Both the position numbers and the translations under genes were made by a program. The notes under the pieces were generated by a model. It searched no databases. It was not told the origin of the DNA and was given only the letters and a program-made list of their open reading frames with translations. A DNA stretch of 64,000 nt from Clostridia bacterium. GTDB taxonomy: Bacteria; Bacillota; Clostridia; Oscillospirales; CAG-272. Positions 45,668 through 55,855 of this stretch are shown one piece after another. The DNA lies in NCBI GenBank assembly GCA_900767415.1, contig CAAFYZ010000036.1, forward strand, positions 21,084 to 85,083. Direction: 5' to 3'. How positions within the stretch are numbered: position 1 is the stretch's first letter; each line of letters opens with the position of its first letter.

Positions 45668-47050
45668 TTACTTTCCGACGCAAAAACGAGAGAAAATATC
45701 CTGCACGATCTCTTCGGTGACATTCTTTCCCGTCAGCTCGGAGAGATAGGAGAGCGCGACTTCGACATCGGAGGATGCCGCGTCGGTCGGGACCCCCGCC
45801 GCATAGGCGTCGAGAGAGAGGGAAAGGTGCTTTCCCACTTCGGCGAGCGTGGTATACTGCCTTGCCGAGAAGAGGACGGGATCTTCCGAGAGATTCAGCG
45901 TCCCGTCGGTGAAGAGACGATCTACCGTCGCCGCAAGAGGTGCGAGATCTCCTTTTTTGCAGGAGAAGGGAATCACTTCGGGAAAACTTTTGGAGAGTGC
46001 CGACGGCTCCCACACGGCGTCGAGGTCGCTCTTGGTCGCGAGCGCGAGGACCGTCGCCCCCGAGGCGAGTGCCGCGTCGGCGAGTGCTCTGTCCTCTCCG
46101 TCGAGTGGGCGGGACGTGTCGAAGAGAAGAAAGATGAGATCCGCCGAAGCGATTTTTTCTTTCGAGCGGCAGACGCCGATCCGTTCGATCGGGTCGTCCG
46201 TCTCGCGGATTCCCGCCGTGTCATAGAGGCGGAGCAGAACCCGCCCGAGCGGCACCGTGCGTTCCAGCACGTCGCGTGTCGTACCGGGAATATCGGTGAC
46301 GATCGCGGCGTTCTCGCCGAGTAAGAGGTTGTAAAGCGAACTTTTTCCGACGTTCGGTTTCCCTGCGATGACGGCGGAGATGCCCTCGGTGACCGCCCGC
46401 CCCGTCTTGTAGGTTGCGAGCAGGGAATTGACCCGTGCGAGAATATCGCGCAGTTTTTCCGCCGTCTCTTCGTCCGAGAATTCTCCGAGGTCCTCTTCGG
46501 GATAATCGATGCGGGCGAAGATCGAGGAGAGCAGGTGCGTCAGTTCTCCTTCGATCCCGAGGAGCGCGTCGGAGAGTCGCCCGCGCGCGCCCCGTTCGGT
46601 CAGGGTGAGTTGGGCATGGCTTTTCGCGTCGAGGAGAAGACCGATCGCCTCCGCCTCAGTCAGCGAGAGTTTCCCGTTCAGGAAGGCGCGGCGGGTGAAC
46701 TCTCCCGCCGCGGCGGGTGCCGCCCCCGCGAAGAGAAACGCTTCCAGCACCGTGCGCGTCAGGAGCACGCCGCCGTGGCAGGTGATCTCCACCGTATCCT
46801 CTCCGGTATAAGAATGCGGCGCGGCAAAACGGGTTGCCATGCCGTCGTCGATCGCCTCTCCCTCCCGCATCACTCTGCCGTAGATCTGCGTGCGGAGGGG
46901 ACATTCGGACAGTTTTTTTCGGTTCATCGGGAAAAACACGCGGTCGGCGATCTCGAATGCTCCGTCTCCCGACAGACGAAGAAGAGCGACCCCGCCCTTT
47001 CCGGGCGGGGTCGAAATCGCTATGACCGCGCGGTGGGGGTCATTCCTCAT
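45668..47050 (-). CDS. mnmE: tRNA modification GTPase MnmE
   Basis: ORF trimmed to ATG 47050. Blocks IAISTPPGKGGVALLRLSG, GKPNVGKSSLYN, DTAGIRET and the C-terminal FCVGK. Confidence 0.92.
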   Translation of the reverse strand: MRNDPHRAVIAISTPPGKGGVALLRLSGDGAFEIADRVFFPMNRKKLSECPLRTQIYGRVMREGEAIDDGMATRFAAPHSYTGEDTVEITCHGGVLLTRTVLEAFLFAGAAPAAAGEFTRRAFLNGKLSLTEAEAIGLLLDAKSHAQLTLTERGARGRLSDALLGIEGELTHLLSSIFARIDYPEEDLGEFSDEETAEKLRDILARVNSLLATYKTGRAVTEGISAVIAGKPNVGKSSLYNLLLGENAAIVTDIPGTTRDVLERTVPLGRVLLRLYDTAGIRETDDPIERIGVCRSKEKIASADLIFLLFDTSRPLDGEDRALADAALASGATVLALATKSDLDAVWEPSALSKSFPEVIPFSCKKGDLAPLAATVDRLFTDGTLNLSEDPVLFSARQYTTLAEVGKHLSLSLDAYAAGVPTDAASSDVEVALSYLSELTGKNVTEEIVQDIFSRFCVGK

Positions 47051-48179
47051 CGTTCTTTTCGGTCGTGGGGACGCTCGCACGCGCCTCGCCTGCCGCATCG
47101 TCCGACAGTTCGGGCGACAGGGTGACGGTATCGACACCGACGACCACGGCGGGTTCGTTCACGGCTTCTTCCGGTGTCTCGGCGACGCGGAAGGGCGCTT
47201 TGATGCGGGGTTTCAACTCACTTGTCAGATCGTCGTCGTCCCGCTTGAATTCGGTGGTGAGGGGGGTGAGTTCGACGGGTTCCTCTTCTTCGAAGATCCC
47301 CTTCGGCTTCTTGTCGGTCAGATAAATGACGATCTTGCGGTTGTTGTCCGAGCCGATCGAGTTCGTCGAGACTCCTTCGATGCCCTGCACCTCGGAGTGG
47401 ATGATGCGTCTTTCGTAGGGGGTCATCGGCTCGAGCATGACACTGCGCTTGTTGCGGAGTGCCTTCGCCGCCATGCGACGGGCAAGGGCGCGGAGTGCCT
47501 CTTCTCTCTTCGCACGGTATCCTTCGATGTCGAGCGTTACGCGGCTCTTGATCTTCTCGCCGTTGACGTTTTTCTGCGCGGAGGCGAGGTTGGCAAGGTA
47601 CTGCACGGCGTCGAGCGTGTCGCCGTGATGACCGATCAGGGCAGAGGCGTCCTCGCCCGTAACCGTAATCCGACGGGTGCCGTCGTCGCAGGAGTAGAGT
47701 TCCGCCGTGGCGTCAAGCCCGAGGTTCGTCAGCAGGGTCTTGACGAATTCGAAGGAGAGATCCTCTCCCTCGGCAACTTCGAGTTTTTCGAACTTGAGTT
47801 CGGTCTCGGGAATGACCGCGCTCTTCGGCTTTTCCGCCTTCGGAGCGGTGTCCGCCTTGACGCGCTCGGGTCTTTGCGCCGCGGGCTTTCTTTCTCCTTC
47901 GGGGCGGCGGGGTCTTTCGGTGCGCTCGGGTCTTTCGGCGCGCTCGGTGCGCTCGGGACGCTCTCTTCTTTCACGGCGTTTCGGCTCTTCTCTGCCGGGG
48001 ACTTCCATCGACGCCTTGACCTGCGCCTGCTTTACACCGATAATGCCGAAGATACCGCGGCTGCCCGCGTGGAGAACTTCAAATGTGACGTCGTCGAGAG
48101 GACCTGCGCCGAGCGCGGCTCTCGCGTTTTCTTTCGCTTCGGATACGTCTTTACCGAAGGCTGTGATTTCCTTTATCAT
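47040..48179 (-). CDS. jag: Jag/KhpB RNA-binding protein (Jag_N, KH, R3H) with an expanded Arg/Glu/Pro-rich linker
   Basis: MIKEITAFGKDVSEAKENA (Jag_N), KH-like core, R3H block MLEPMTPYERRIIHSEV. Linker RRERRERPERTERAERPERTERPRRPEGERK. Confidence 0.88.
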   Translation of the reverse strand: MIKEITAFGKDVSEAKENARAALGAGPLDDVTFEVLHAGSRGIFGIIGVKQAQVKASMEVPGREEPKRRERRERPERTERAERPERTERPRRPEGERKPAAQRPERVKADTAPKAEKPKSAVIPETELKFEKLEVAEGEDLSFEFVKTLLTNLGLDATAELYSCDDGTRRITVTGEDASALIGHHGDTLDAVQYLANLASAQKNVNGEKIKSRVTLDIEGYRAKREEALRALARRMAAKALRNKRSVMLEPMTPYERRIIHSEVQGIEGVSTNSIGSDNNRKIVIYLTDKKPKGIFEEEEPVELTPLTTEFKRDDDDLTSELKPRIKAPFRVAETPEEAVNEPAVVVGVDTVTLSPELSDDAAGEARASVPTTEKNDEE

Positions 48180-48212
48180 AACAATGACTGCCTTTCTTTC
48201 CTTTACAAAGAA

Positions 48213-49268
48213 TTACTTTTTGTTTCTGTCGTCTTTGAGATCGGAGGTCTCGAGACCGCCCGAGGTCTTCTTCGTCTCGTTTGTCTTTTTCGCTTCGGGG
48301 AGTTCGTCGTAGTCGTCATCGTCGATATAGTGGAGCGACTTGACTTTCGGCTGTGTCTGCATCGCGGCTTTCTGCGCGGCGGCACGCTCTCTTTCCATCT
48401 TCGCCATCTCTTTCAGTTCTTCGTCGGTATAGGTCGGGAGCGGCATTACCTTCGAGAGAATGTACTGCTGAAGAATCGTGATGACGGACTGATAAATCCA
48501 GTAAAGACCGAGCATACCCGAGAAGTTGAACGCGAAGAAGAGGGTCATCAGCGGGAAGACGAGGTCCATCATGCGCATGGAGATTTGCGACTGTGCGTCC
48601 GCCCCCGGCATCTGTGCCGTGCCGTTCATCTTCTTCATGAGGAACATCGAGAGCCACTGGAACGCGGCGGCAAGCACGGGGATCAGAATCAGAATCGAGA
48701 AATTCTGAAAGCTCGGGGTCGCGGCAAGATTGACGCCGAAGAGGTCGAAGTTCGGGATCAGCGAGACGTTGAGCCCGGTCGCGGCGACCGCGTCGGCACC
48801 GTTTTTCGCGATGTAGCCGTTGATCGCGTCGAGCAGGGCGATCTCGTCGCTACCCGTGTATTCGACCAGCGTCTTGAGCGCGGTGACGGTATCGGCACTT
48901 GCTTTACAGATATAGGAGAGGGGACTGCGGATAACGTTGTAGAGGAAAATAATGATCGGGAACTGAATCAGCATGGGCAGACAGCCGGAAAGCATACTGT
49001 AACCTTCCTTCTGCTGAAGCTCCATGATCTCCTGCTGTTTTTTCTGCAGGGTAACTCTGTCGGTCCGACCGGCATATTTTTTTTCGATTTTAGCGATTTT
49101 CGGGCGAAGTTTCGCCATGAGGATCTGATTTTTCTGCGTTTTGATACCAAAGGGCAGGAAAATCACTTTGAAGAGGAGCGCGAAGAGCAGGAGTGCGAGG
49201 GCATAACTGCCGGTCACGCTGTTGAACCAGGAGAGAATGGTTCCGAAGACACTGTAAATAACACTCAT
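48213..49268 (-). CDS. yidC: membrane protein insertase YidC
   Basis: 351 aa. Blocks [27 protein letters not shown] and a basic C-terminal tail. Confidence 0.9.
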   Translation of the reverse strand: MSVIYSVFGTILSWFNSVTGSYALALLLFALLFKVIFLPFGIKTQKNQILMAKLRPKIAKIEKKYAGRTDRVTLQKKQQEIMELQQKEGYSMLSGCLPMLIQFPIIIFLYNVIRSPLSYICKASADTVTALKTLVEYTGSDEIALLDAINGYIAKNGADAVAATGLNVSLIPNFDLFGVNLAATPSFQNFSILILIPVLAAAFQWLSMFLMKKMNGTAQMPGADAQSQISMRMMDLVFPLMTLFFAFNFSGMLGLYWIYQSVITILQQYILSKVMPLPTYTDEELKEMAKMERERAAAQKAAMQTQPKVKSLHYIDDDDYDELPEAKKTNETKKTSGGLETSDLKDDRNKK

Positions 49269-49567
49269 TCGTTTGTTTCCTTTTTTGATACTTCGGGGGA
49301 GGGTGGGTCGGTGTGCTCGTCCTCTTTTTTCCTGTTTTTCGGATTTCGGAATCCGTGCTCGGGCACCGGGTCGTAGCCGCCTTTACAAAAGGGGTTACAG
49401 CGGAGAATCCGCCACACGGTGAGAAGAAATCCCATAAAAAAGCCACGTTTTTCAAACGCCTCGACGGCGTAGGCGGAACAGGTCGGCGTGAACCTGCAAC
49501 AGGACGGTTTGTAAGGGGAGATGTATTTCTGATACCATCTGACGATGGCAATCATCACGCGCTTCAT
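49265..49567 (-). CDS. yidD: membrane protein insertion efficiency factor YidD
   Basis: [26 protein letters not shown]...RCNPF...GYDPVPE. 4-nt overlaps on both sides. Confidence 0.9.
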   Translation of the reverse strand: MKRVMIAIVRWYQKYISPYKPSCCRFTPTCSAYAVEAFEKRGFFMGFLLTVWRILRCNPFCKGGYDPVPEHGFRNPKNRKKEDEHTDPPSPEVSKKETNE

Positions 49568-49938
49568 ACGAACATACCGAGTTTTTCAAAAGCGACTTCG
49601 AGTTCGCGGCGGATCTCGGTGCTTTTTTTCGGCAGGGCGGCGGCACGCGCCGCGATGACGATGAGAAAGCCGGTCTTTATCGGACGCTCTTTCATGAGCG
49701 TGCGCAGTCCCTCACGCAGGATTCTGCGGGCGCGGGAACGGACGACGGCGCCTCCGAGTTTTTTGGAGACGGTCAGACCGATGCGGTTCACCGTTCGTTT
49801 TTCGGGATGTGCTTTTGCAAGTCGTTTTGCGGCATAATCGGGTAAAAGATAGACCGCGACGGAGGGCATGACTGCCCGTTTGCCTTTGGCATACGCTTTT
49901 TGATACAGATGATTTTCCCGTATGGCTCTGAATTTCAT
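49564..49938 (-). CDS. rnpA: ribonuclease P protein component
   Basis: 124-aa basic protein with [25 protein letters not shown] (RNR motif). Lies between rpmH and yidD. Confidence 0.9.
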   Translation of the reverse strand: MKFRAIRENHLYQKAYAKGKRAVMPSVAVYLLPDYAAKRLAKAHPEKRTVNRIGLTVSKKLGGAVVRSRARRILREGLRTLMKERPIKTGFLIVIAARAAALPKKSTEIRRELEVAFEKLGMFV

Positions 49939-50096
49939 AATGCGACCTCTCCCGCCCGCGGCGGGTACTTTCTGATTTCGGATGTTCGGACGCTTCGGCA
50001 GAGCGGTCTTCGGGTAGTTAACAAAAACCCCGATAAAGGGTCCCTGCGGTGCAGTCCCGGTTTATCGGAGGTTTTGTAGTAGGTCACGCTTCGTGA

Positions 50097-50231
50097 TCAA
50101 TAGGTGAGACGGGCTCTTCCTTTGGCGCGTCTTCTTTTCAGAACTTTTCTGCCGTTAGCGGTTGCCATTCTTTTTCTGAAACCGTGTTCCTTGTTTCTCT
50201 GTCTCTTCTTGGGCTGATAGGTTCTCTTCAT
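50097..50231 (-). CDS. rpmH: 50S ribosomal protein L34
   Basis: Own translation (too short for the ORF track): [51 protein letters not shown] lies 8 nt upstream. Confidence 0.95.
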   Translation of the reverse strand: MKRTYQPKKRQRNKEHGFRKRMATANGRKVLKRRRAKGRARLTY

Positions 50232-50289
50232 GTTTCGGCACCTCCTTTACAATGAACATAAATTGCGTATTTGCACAAAAGCAAGGTTT

Positions 50290-50318
50290 ATTATATCTTA
50301 TTTTTTTCTGTTTGTCAA
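50290..50318 (-). promoter_or_regulatory. sigma-A type promoter of rpmH-rnpA
   Basis: Minus strand: TTGACA (50318-50313), 17-nt spacer, TATAAT (50295-50290). Confidence 0.7.
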
Positions 50319-50367
50319 GAGATTTTTTAAAATTCTTTGTTTTCGGCGGGAAAAGCGTCGGTTTGTA

Positions 50368-50396
50368 TTGACTTTTCCCGTCGTTTCTGATAAAAT
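50368..50396 (+). promoter_or_regulatory. sigma-A type promoter of hpt
   Basis: TTGACT (50368-50373), 17-nt spacer, TAAAAT (50391-50396). Confidence 0.6.
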
Positions 50397-50430
50397 AGAG
50401 AAACAAAAACGATACGCAAAAGGATATGCC

Positions 50431-50982
50431 ATGAATCAGGATATTGAAAAAATCATGATTTCTTCCGAGGAGTTGGATAAGATTACCACCCGCCTCGCCG
50501 CCGAGATCGACCGCGATTACCGCGACAGCGATAAGCGCCTGCTGATGGTCTGTATTCTGAAGGGCTCGCTCGTCTTTATGGGCGACCTGATGAAGAAGCT
50601 GACGATCCCCGTCGAGATCGACTGCATGAAGGTTTCTTCTTACGGGAGCGGGACGGAGTCGAGCGGCTCCATTCATATTTATCTCGATCTGATCCGCTCG
50701 GATCTTCCCGACTGCGATATTCTCATCATCGAGGACATCATTGACAGCGGCTGTACCCTGAGTTATCTGACCGAATATCTGCGGCTGAAAGGTGCACACA
50801 GCGTGCGCACCTGCACCCTGCTCGACAAGCCCTCGCGGCGCAAGACCGAGTATACGCCCGACTATGTCGGCGTCGAGATCCCCGACGAGTTCGTCGTCGG
50901 TTACGGGCTGGATTATGCCGAGCGTTATCGCGCCCTTCCTTATATCGGGATTCTGAAGCCCGAAGTTTACAGCGAAAAGTAA
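50431..50982 (+). CDS. hpt: hypoxanthine phosphoribosyltransferase
   Basis: ORF trimmed to MNQDIEKIMISSEEL. Blocks LKGSLVFMGDL and ILIIEDIIDSGCTL (PRPP loop). Confidence 0.92.
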   Translation: MNQDIEKIMISSEELDKITTRLAAEIDRDYRDSDKRLLMVCILKGSLVFMGDLMKKLTIPVEIDCMKVSSYGSGTESSGSIHIYLDLIRSDLPDCDILIIEDIIDSGCTLSYLTEYLRLKGAHSVRTCTLLDKPSRRKTEYTPDYVGVEIPDEFVVGYGLDYAERYRALPYIGILKPEVYSEK

Positions 50983-50983
50983 G

Positions 50984-52321
50984 ATGCCGACCGTAGGACT
51001 TTATACCCTCGGCTGTAAGGTGTCGCAATATGAGACGGAGGCGATCGCCGAGGCGTTTGCGAAGGCGGGCTTTACCGTTTTGCCCTATGAGAGCGTGTGC
51101 GACGTCTATGTGATCAATACCTGTACCGTTACGGCGGAGAGCGACCGGAAGTCGAGACAGATCATCCGCCGTGCGAAGAAGACGAATCCCGACGCCGTCG
51201 TCTGCGTGACGGGCTGTTACGCGCAGACCTCGCCCGATGAGGTCGCCGCCGTGGAAGGGGTCGACATCGTCACCGGCACGGCGGACAAACTGTCGCTTGT
51301 CACCCGTGCCGCGGCGCGCCTTGCCGCCTGTGCGGGAGGGGAGAGCACCGAGATTGCCGTCGGCTCGCTTGCCGGCGCACCGTTTGAAAAAATGACCGTT
51401 ACCCATGCGCCGCGCACGAGAATCTATGTCAAAATCGAGGACGGTTGCGAATGCCGCTGTACCTATTGCGCCATTCCGGGCGCGAGAGGGGACGTCCGGT
51501 CGAAACTGCCGGCAGACGTCATCGCCGAGGTGGAGGCACTCTCCGCCGCCGGCACGCGTGAGGTCGTGCTGACGGGGATCGAGACGGCGTCCTACGGCGC
51601 CGATTTTCACGACGGCTACCGCCTGATCGATCTCGTCGAAGAACTTGACGGACGGGGGAGCGTCGACAGGATCCGTTTCGGCTCTCTGACCCCCGAGCTG
51701 ATGAGCGAAGATTTCGTTTCCCGCATGGCGCGCCTCTCTTCTCCCGTCCCGCACTTTCATCTTTCGATGCAGAGCGGCTCGGACGGCGTTCTCCGCCGCA
51801 TGAAGAGACGATATAACCGCACACAGGCGCTTGCCGCGCTTGCACGCACCCGCGCCGCCATGCCGCGGGTACAGTTTACCACCGACCTGATGGTCGGATT
51901 CCCCGGCGAGACGGAAGAAGAATTTTCCGAGACGCTCGACTTCGTGCGAAAAGCCCGCTTTCTCGCGGTGCACGTGTTCGCCTATTCGAAACGGAAGAAT
52001 CCCCCCGCCGCGACCTTCCCGGGGCAGGTCCCCGAGAGGGTGAAGCACGAACGCTCCGCACGGCTGATCGCCCTTTGTCGGGAGATCGGGGAGGAGATCC
52101 TCTCGGAGATCGTTTCGTCGGGTGAGACACTCCCCGTCGTCTTCGAGACGAGAGAAGGGGAGTTTTTCACGGGGCACTCTGACACCTTCATCGAGGTGCG
52201 CGTGCCGAGCGCGCGGGACCTTCACGGCGAACTCCATACGGTGCGTCCGACATCTCACGAGGACGGGATCCTCTACGGTGAGATTGTCGATGTGGTTCCG
52301 CATAAAACAGCGATTAAGTAA
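50984..52321 (+). CDS. mtaB: tRNA (t6A37) methylthiotransferase MtaB
   Basis: [28 protein letters not shown] (radical SAM), [15 protein letters not shown] and a TRAM-like C-terminus. Confidence 0.88.
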   Translation: MPTVGLYTLGCKVSQYETEAIAEAFAKAGFTVLPYESVCDVYVINTCTVTAESDRKSRQIIRRAKKTNPDAVVCVTGCYAQTSPDEVAAVEGVDIVTGTADKLSLVTRAAARLAACAGGESTEIAVGSLAGAPFEKMTVTHAPRTRIYVKIEDGCECRCTYCAIPGARGDVRSKLPADVIAEVEALSAAGTREVVLTGIETASYGADFHDGYRLIDLVEELDGRGSVDRIRFGSLTPELMSEDFVSRMARLSSPVPHFHLSMQSGSDGVLRRMKRRYNRTQALAALARTRAAMPRVQFTTDLMVGFPGETEEEFSETLDFVRKARFLAVHVFAYSKRKNPPAATFPGQVPERVKHERSARLIALCREIGEEILSEIVSSGETLPVVFETREGEFFTGHSDTFIEVRVPSARDLHGELHTVRPTSHEDGILYGEIVDVVPHKTAIK

Positions 52322-52350
52322 AGAAAACTATACATTTTGGAGATAAAACG

Positions 52351-53742
52351 ATGGAAAACAGCAAAAAGACAATGGATAAGATCGTCGCACTCTGCAAGAC
52401 GCGCGGATTCATTTTCCCCGGCTCGGAGATCTATGGCGGTCTTGCGAATTCGTGGGACTACGGACCGCTCGGCGTCGCTTTCAAGAACAATGTGAAGCGC
52501 GCCTGGTGGAAAAAGTTCGTTGAGGAGTCCCGCTACAACGTCGGACTGGACGCCGCGATTATCATGAACCCCGAGACGTGGGTCGCCTCCGGGCACGTCG
52601 GCGGATTCTCCGACCCGCTGATGGACTGCCGTCAGTGTAAGGCGAGACACAGAGCGGATAAGCTCATCGAGGACTACGCGTTTCAGAACGGCACGGATGA
52701 CAACCCCGCCGCATGGAGTTTCGAACAGATGGCGGCGTTTATCAAAGAGAAGAACATTGCCTGCCCCGTCTGCGGCGGTCATGACTTCACCGAGATCAAA
52801 AAATTCAACCTGATGTTCAAGACCTTCATCGGCGTCACGGAGGATTCTTCCAGCACCGTCTATCTCCGCCCGGAGACCGCACAGGGCATTTTCGTCAACT
52901 TCCCGGCGGTACAGCGTTCGACGAGAAAGAAACTGCCCTTCGGTATCGGACAGATCGGTAAGGCGTTCCGCAACGAGATCACCCCCGGCAACTTCACCTT
53001 CCGCACGAGAGAGTTCGAGCAGATGGAGCTGGAGTTCTTCTGCAAGCCGGGCACCGACCTCGAGTGGTTTGCCTATTGGAAGGACTATTGCCATAAATTC
53101 CTGCTTTCGCTCGGTATGCGGGTCGAGAACCTTCGTCTGCGCGACCACGACAAGGAAGAGCTCTGCTTCTATTCCAAGGCGACGACCGACTTCGAGTTCC
53201 TCTTCCCGTTCGGCTGGGGCGAGCTTTGGGGTCTTGCCGACCGTACCGACTACGACCTCGGTCAGCATCAGAAGTTCTCGGGCAAGGACATGACTTACTT
53301 TGATCCCGAGACGAACGAGCATTATCTGCCCTATGTCATCGAGCCGTCCCTCGGCGCGGACCGCGTCGCGCTCGCCTTCCTTGTCGACGCCTACGACGAG
53401 GAGACGATCGGTGAGGGTGACGTCCGCACCGTCCTGCACCTTCATCCGGCACTCGCGCCCTTCAAGGCGGCGGTGCTTCCTCTCTCCAAGAAACTCTCCG
53501 ACAAGGCGCTTGCTCTCTTCGACGACCTCGTGAAGTCCTTTGCCTGCGACTTCGACGAGACCGGCTCGATCGGCAAGAGATACCGCCGCGAGGACGAGAT
53601 CGGCACGCCCTTCTGCATCACCTACGACTTCGAGTCGGAAAACGACGGGTGCGTCACCGTCCGCGACCGTGACACGATGGAGCAGATCCGCCTTCCTATC
53701 ACCGAAGTAAAAGCGTATATCGAAGGGCATCTTGCCTTCTGA
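52351..53742 (+). CDS. glyQS: glycine--tRNA ligase (alpha2 type)
   Basis: 463 aa. Blocks [31 protein letters not shown] and EPSLGADR. Confidence 0.95.
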   Translation: MENSKKTMDKIVALCKTRGFIFPGSEIYGGLANSWDYGPLGVAFKNNVKRAWWKKFVEESRYNVGLDAAIIMNPETWVASGHVGGFSDPLMDCRQCKARHRADKLIEDYAFQNGTDDNPAAWSFEQMAAFIKEKNIACPVCGGHDFTEIKKFNLMFKTFIGVTEDSSSTVYLRPETAQGIFVNFPAVQRSTRKKLPFGIGQIGKAFRNEITPGNFTFRTREFEQMELEFFCKPGTDLEWFAYWKDYCHKFLLSLGMRVENLRLRDHDKEELCFYSKATTDFEFLFPFGWGELWGLADRTDYDLGQHQKFSGKDMTYFDPETNEHYLPYVIEPSLGADRVALAFLVDAYDEETIGEGDVRTVLHLHPALAPFKAAVLPLSKKLSDKALALFDDLVKSFACDFDETGSIGKRYRREDEIGTPFCITYDFESENDGCVTVRDRDTMEQIRLPITEVKAYIEGHLAF

Positions 53743-53762
53743 GACAAAGATTCCGAAACCAT

Positions 53763-53800
53763 AGCGTCTCCCGCCGAAAACGGCGGGAGACGCTTTTTTA
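53763..53800 (+). terminator. intrinsic terminator after glyQS
   Basis: 14-bp stem agcgtctcccgccg / cggcgggagacgct with loop aaaa, followed by tttttt. Confidence 0.85.
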
Positions 53801-53856
53801 TATTGTCAAAATCGCCGAAAAAACCTGTGCAACATGACCAAAAACCGCAGGGATCG

Positions 53857-53885
53857 CTTGACATTGCGGGCGCGCGTCTTTATAA
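53857..53885 (+). promoter_or_regulatory. sigma-A type promoter of the heparinase-like gene pair
   Basis: TTGACA (53857-53862), 17-nt spacer, TATAAT (53880-53885). Confidence 0.7.
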
Positions 53886-53962
53886 TGAAAACGGACACGC
53901 GCCGTAAGAGAAGAGCGCGTGCCGAAACGACAGATGCCGCGGATCTGCGGCAGGAGGATATT

Positions 53963-55774
53963 ATGTCAAGAATTTTTGCCGAGCGCGGGATGCGCGCCGA
54001 AGGAAACGTGTTGCCCTTTGAGAAATTCCGTCTGTTCCTTGACGAAAAAGACCCGAAATTCGACGACGAAAAACTGGCGAAGGTCGTCGCGTCCGCCGAA
54101 AAAATGCTGGATGAGCCGATTCCGTTTTTGCCGGCGTCCCTGTATCGCGAATTTGCCGTAACGGGGAACCGCTCGCATTTTGAAAAACCGTATTTCCGCC
54201 GTCGTGAGATGGCATACACCCTCTCGCTTGCGGAAGCGTATGAGAAGAAGGGCAGATTTTCCGAAAAACTGATGGACGTTCTCTTTGCGATCTTCGAGGA
54301 GTCCTCTTGGGTCATTCCCGCGCACAACGGGAACAATCCGCTCTACACCGAGTTCGGAATCCCCGCGGTTTTCGGGGACAGAATGCACGGCATCGATCTG
54401 TTTTCCGCGATGACAGGTGCTGTTCTGGCAGTCGCATATTACTATGTCGGCGACGCATTGAATCGTGTCACCCCCGTGATTACCGAGCGTCTTCTTTACG
54501 AGACGAACCGCCGTCTGATCGTTCCGTACCTCAACTGCTGTTTCTGGTGGACGGGCGAACGGGGGAACAGCACGAACAACTGGAACCCGTGGATTCACTC
54601 CAACCTTCTGTTTTTGACCGCTCTGACCGAAAAAGATCCGTATCTCCGTACCCGCATGACGGCGAAGTGTATGCAGGGGCTGGACAATTTCATCGCCTTC
54701 TATCCGGAGGACGGCGGCTGTGACGAAGGACCCGGCTATTTCGGTGCCGCGGGCGCGTGCTATTTCGATGCACTGGAACTTCTTTACGATATGTCGGGCG
54801 GAAAGATCAACGTCTTCGATCACCCGCTGGTCAGAAACGTCGGCGAATACGCCGTGAAGTTCAACATCGCGGGCGACCGTGTCATCAACTTTGCCGACTG
54901 CGCACCCAACTGTCACATGGACGGCGCGATGCTTTCCCGTTTCGGCAGACGCACGGGGTCGCGGATTCTCGAAGAGTTCGGCAGAGAACAGTCCTATACG
55001 GGCAGTGTCGGCAGCGGCTGGCAGCTGTACCGCGGACTCTATAATTACATCACGCCCGAAGTCAAAGAAAAGCCCGCAAGAGTCGCCGCGACGAAGATCT
55101 GGTTCCCGAATCTGAAGGTGATGGCGGCGCGCGAGAGCGAAGACGCGACGAAAGGAATGTTCGTCGCGATGAAGGGCGGCAACAACGGCGAGTCGCACAA
55201 CCACAACGACGTCGGCAACTTCATCGTCTATCACGACGGACAGCCCGTCCTGATTGACTCGGGCGTCGGCACATATACGAAGCAGACCTTCTCCTCCCGT
55301 CGGTACGAACTCTGGTTCATGCAGTCCTCCTATCACAACCTTCCCGACATCGGCGGCATCGCGGAGAAAGACGGCGGTGCTTTCCGTTCTTCGGACGAGG
55401 TGTATAACGAGGCGACGGGCGGCGTGAAAATGGAGATCGGCGGTGCCTATCCGAAAGAGGCGGGCATCCTCTCCTACACCCGCGAGACGGTACTTGCGGA
55501 CGGCGTCGTCACCGTGACCGACACGCTCTCCCTCACGGAAGAGAAGGACATTGATTTCCACTATATGTCCCCCGTGAAGCCGGTACCGAGCGGGAACACG
55601 ATCGCCCTTGCCGAAGGGCGCACGATGACCTTCGACCCCCGTCTCGCTCTCGAGATCGAAGAGTTCGAGGTGAAGGACGACGGTATTGAGCGCAACTGGA
55701 AATCTCCGGTTCTCTGGAGAATCCACCTTCGTACAAAGATCAAAGAAGGAAGTTTCACCGTTACCGTAAAATAA
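53963..55774 (+). CDS. heparinase II/III family protein, no signal peptide (paralogue 1)
   Basis: ORF trimmed to ATG 53963 behind AGGAGGA. 603 aa. Blocks NNWNPW, GCDEGPGYFG and GESHNHNDVGNFIVYHDGQPVLIDSG. Confidence 0.75.
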   Translation: MSRIFAERGMRAEGNVLPFEKFRLFLDEKDPKFDDEKLAKVVASAEKMLDEPIPFLPASLYREFAVTGNRSHFEKPYFRRREMAYTLSLAEAYEKKGRFSEKLMDVLFAIFEESSWVIPAHNGNNPLYTEFGIPAVFGDRMHGIDLFSAMTGAVLAVAYYYVGDALNRVTPVITERLLYETNRRLIVPYLNCCFWWTGERGNSTNNWNPWIHSNLLFLTALTEKDPYLRTRMTAKCMQGLDNFIAFYPEDGGCDEGPGYFGAAGACYFDALELLYDMSGGKINVFDHPLVRNVGEYAVKFNIAGDRVINFADCAPNCHMDGAMLSRFGRRTGSRILEEFGREQSYTGSVGSGWQLYRGLYNYITPEVKEKPARVAATKIWFPNLKVMAARESEDATKGMFVAMKGGNNGESHNHNDVGNFIVYHDGQPVLIDSGVGTYTKQTFSSRRYELWFMQSSYHNLPDIGGIAEKDGGAFRSSDEVYNEATGGVKMEIGGAYPKEAGILSYTRETVLADGVVTVTDTLSLTEEKDIDFHYMSPVKPVPSGNTIALAEGRTMTFDPRLALEIEEFEVKDDGIERNWKSPVLWRIHLRTKIKEGSFTVTVK

Positions 55775-55855
55775 AATTAAACAGCGCGCTTTCCTCTTCG
55801 GAGAGCGCGCTTTGAAAAGAAAAGTTTACAAAACAACCGACAAGGAGGCAATATC

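Noticed and set aside
46890-49376. 828-aa plus-strand ORF.
   Set aside because: It is antisense to mnmE, jag, yidC and yidD.
50232-50430. oriC candidate in the AT-rich rpmH/hpt spacer.
   Set aside because: I could find no TTATCCACA-like 9-mers. The AT-richness is explained by two divergent consensus promoters.
50155-50799. 214-aa minus-strand ORF.
   Set aside because: It overlaps rpmH in another frame, both promoters and the 5' part of hpt, so it is spurious.
52322-52350. T-box leaders upstream of glyQS (52322-52350) and of hisS (around 7595-7596).
   Set aside because: The gaps are only 29 nt and 2 nt. Both genes are co-transcribed with the upstream gene, leaving no room for a T-box.
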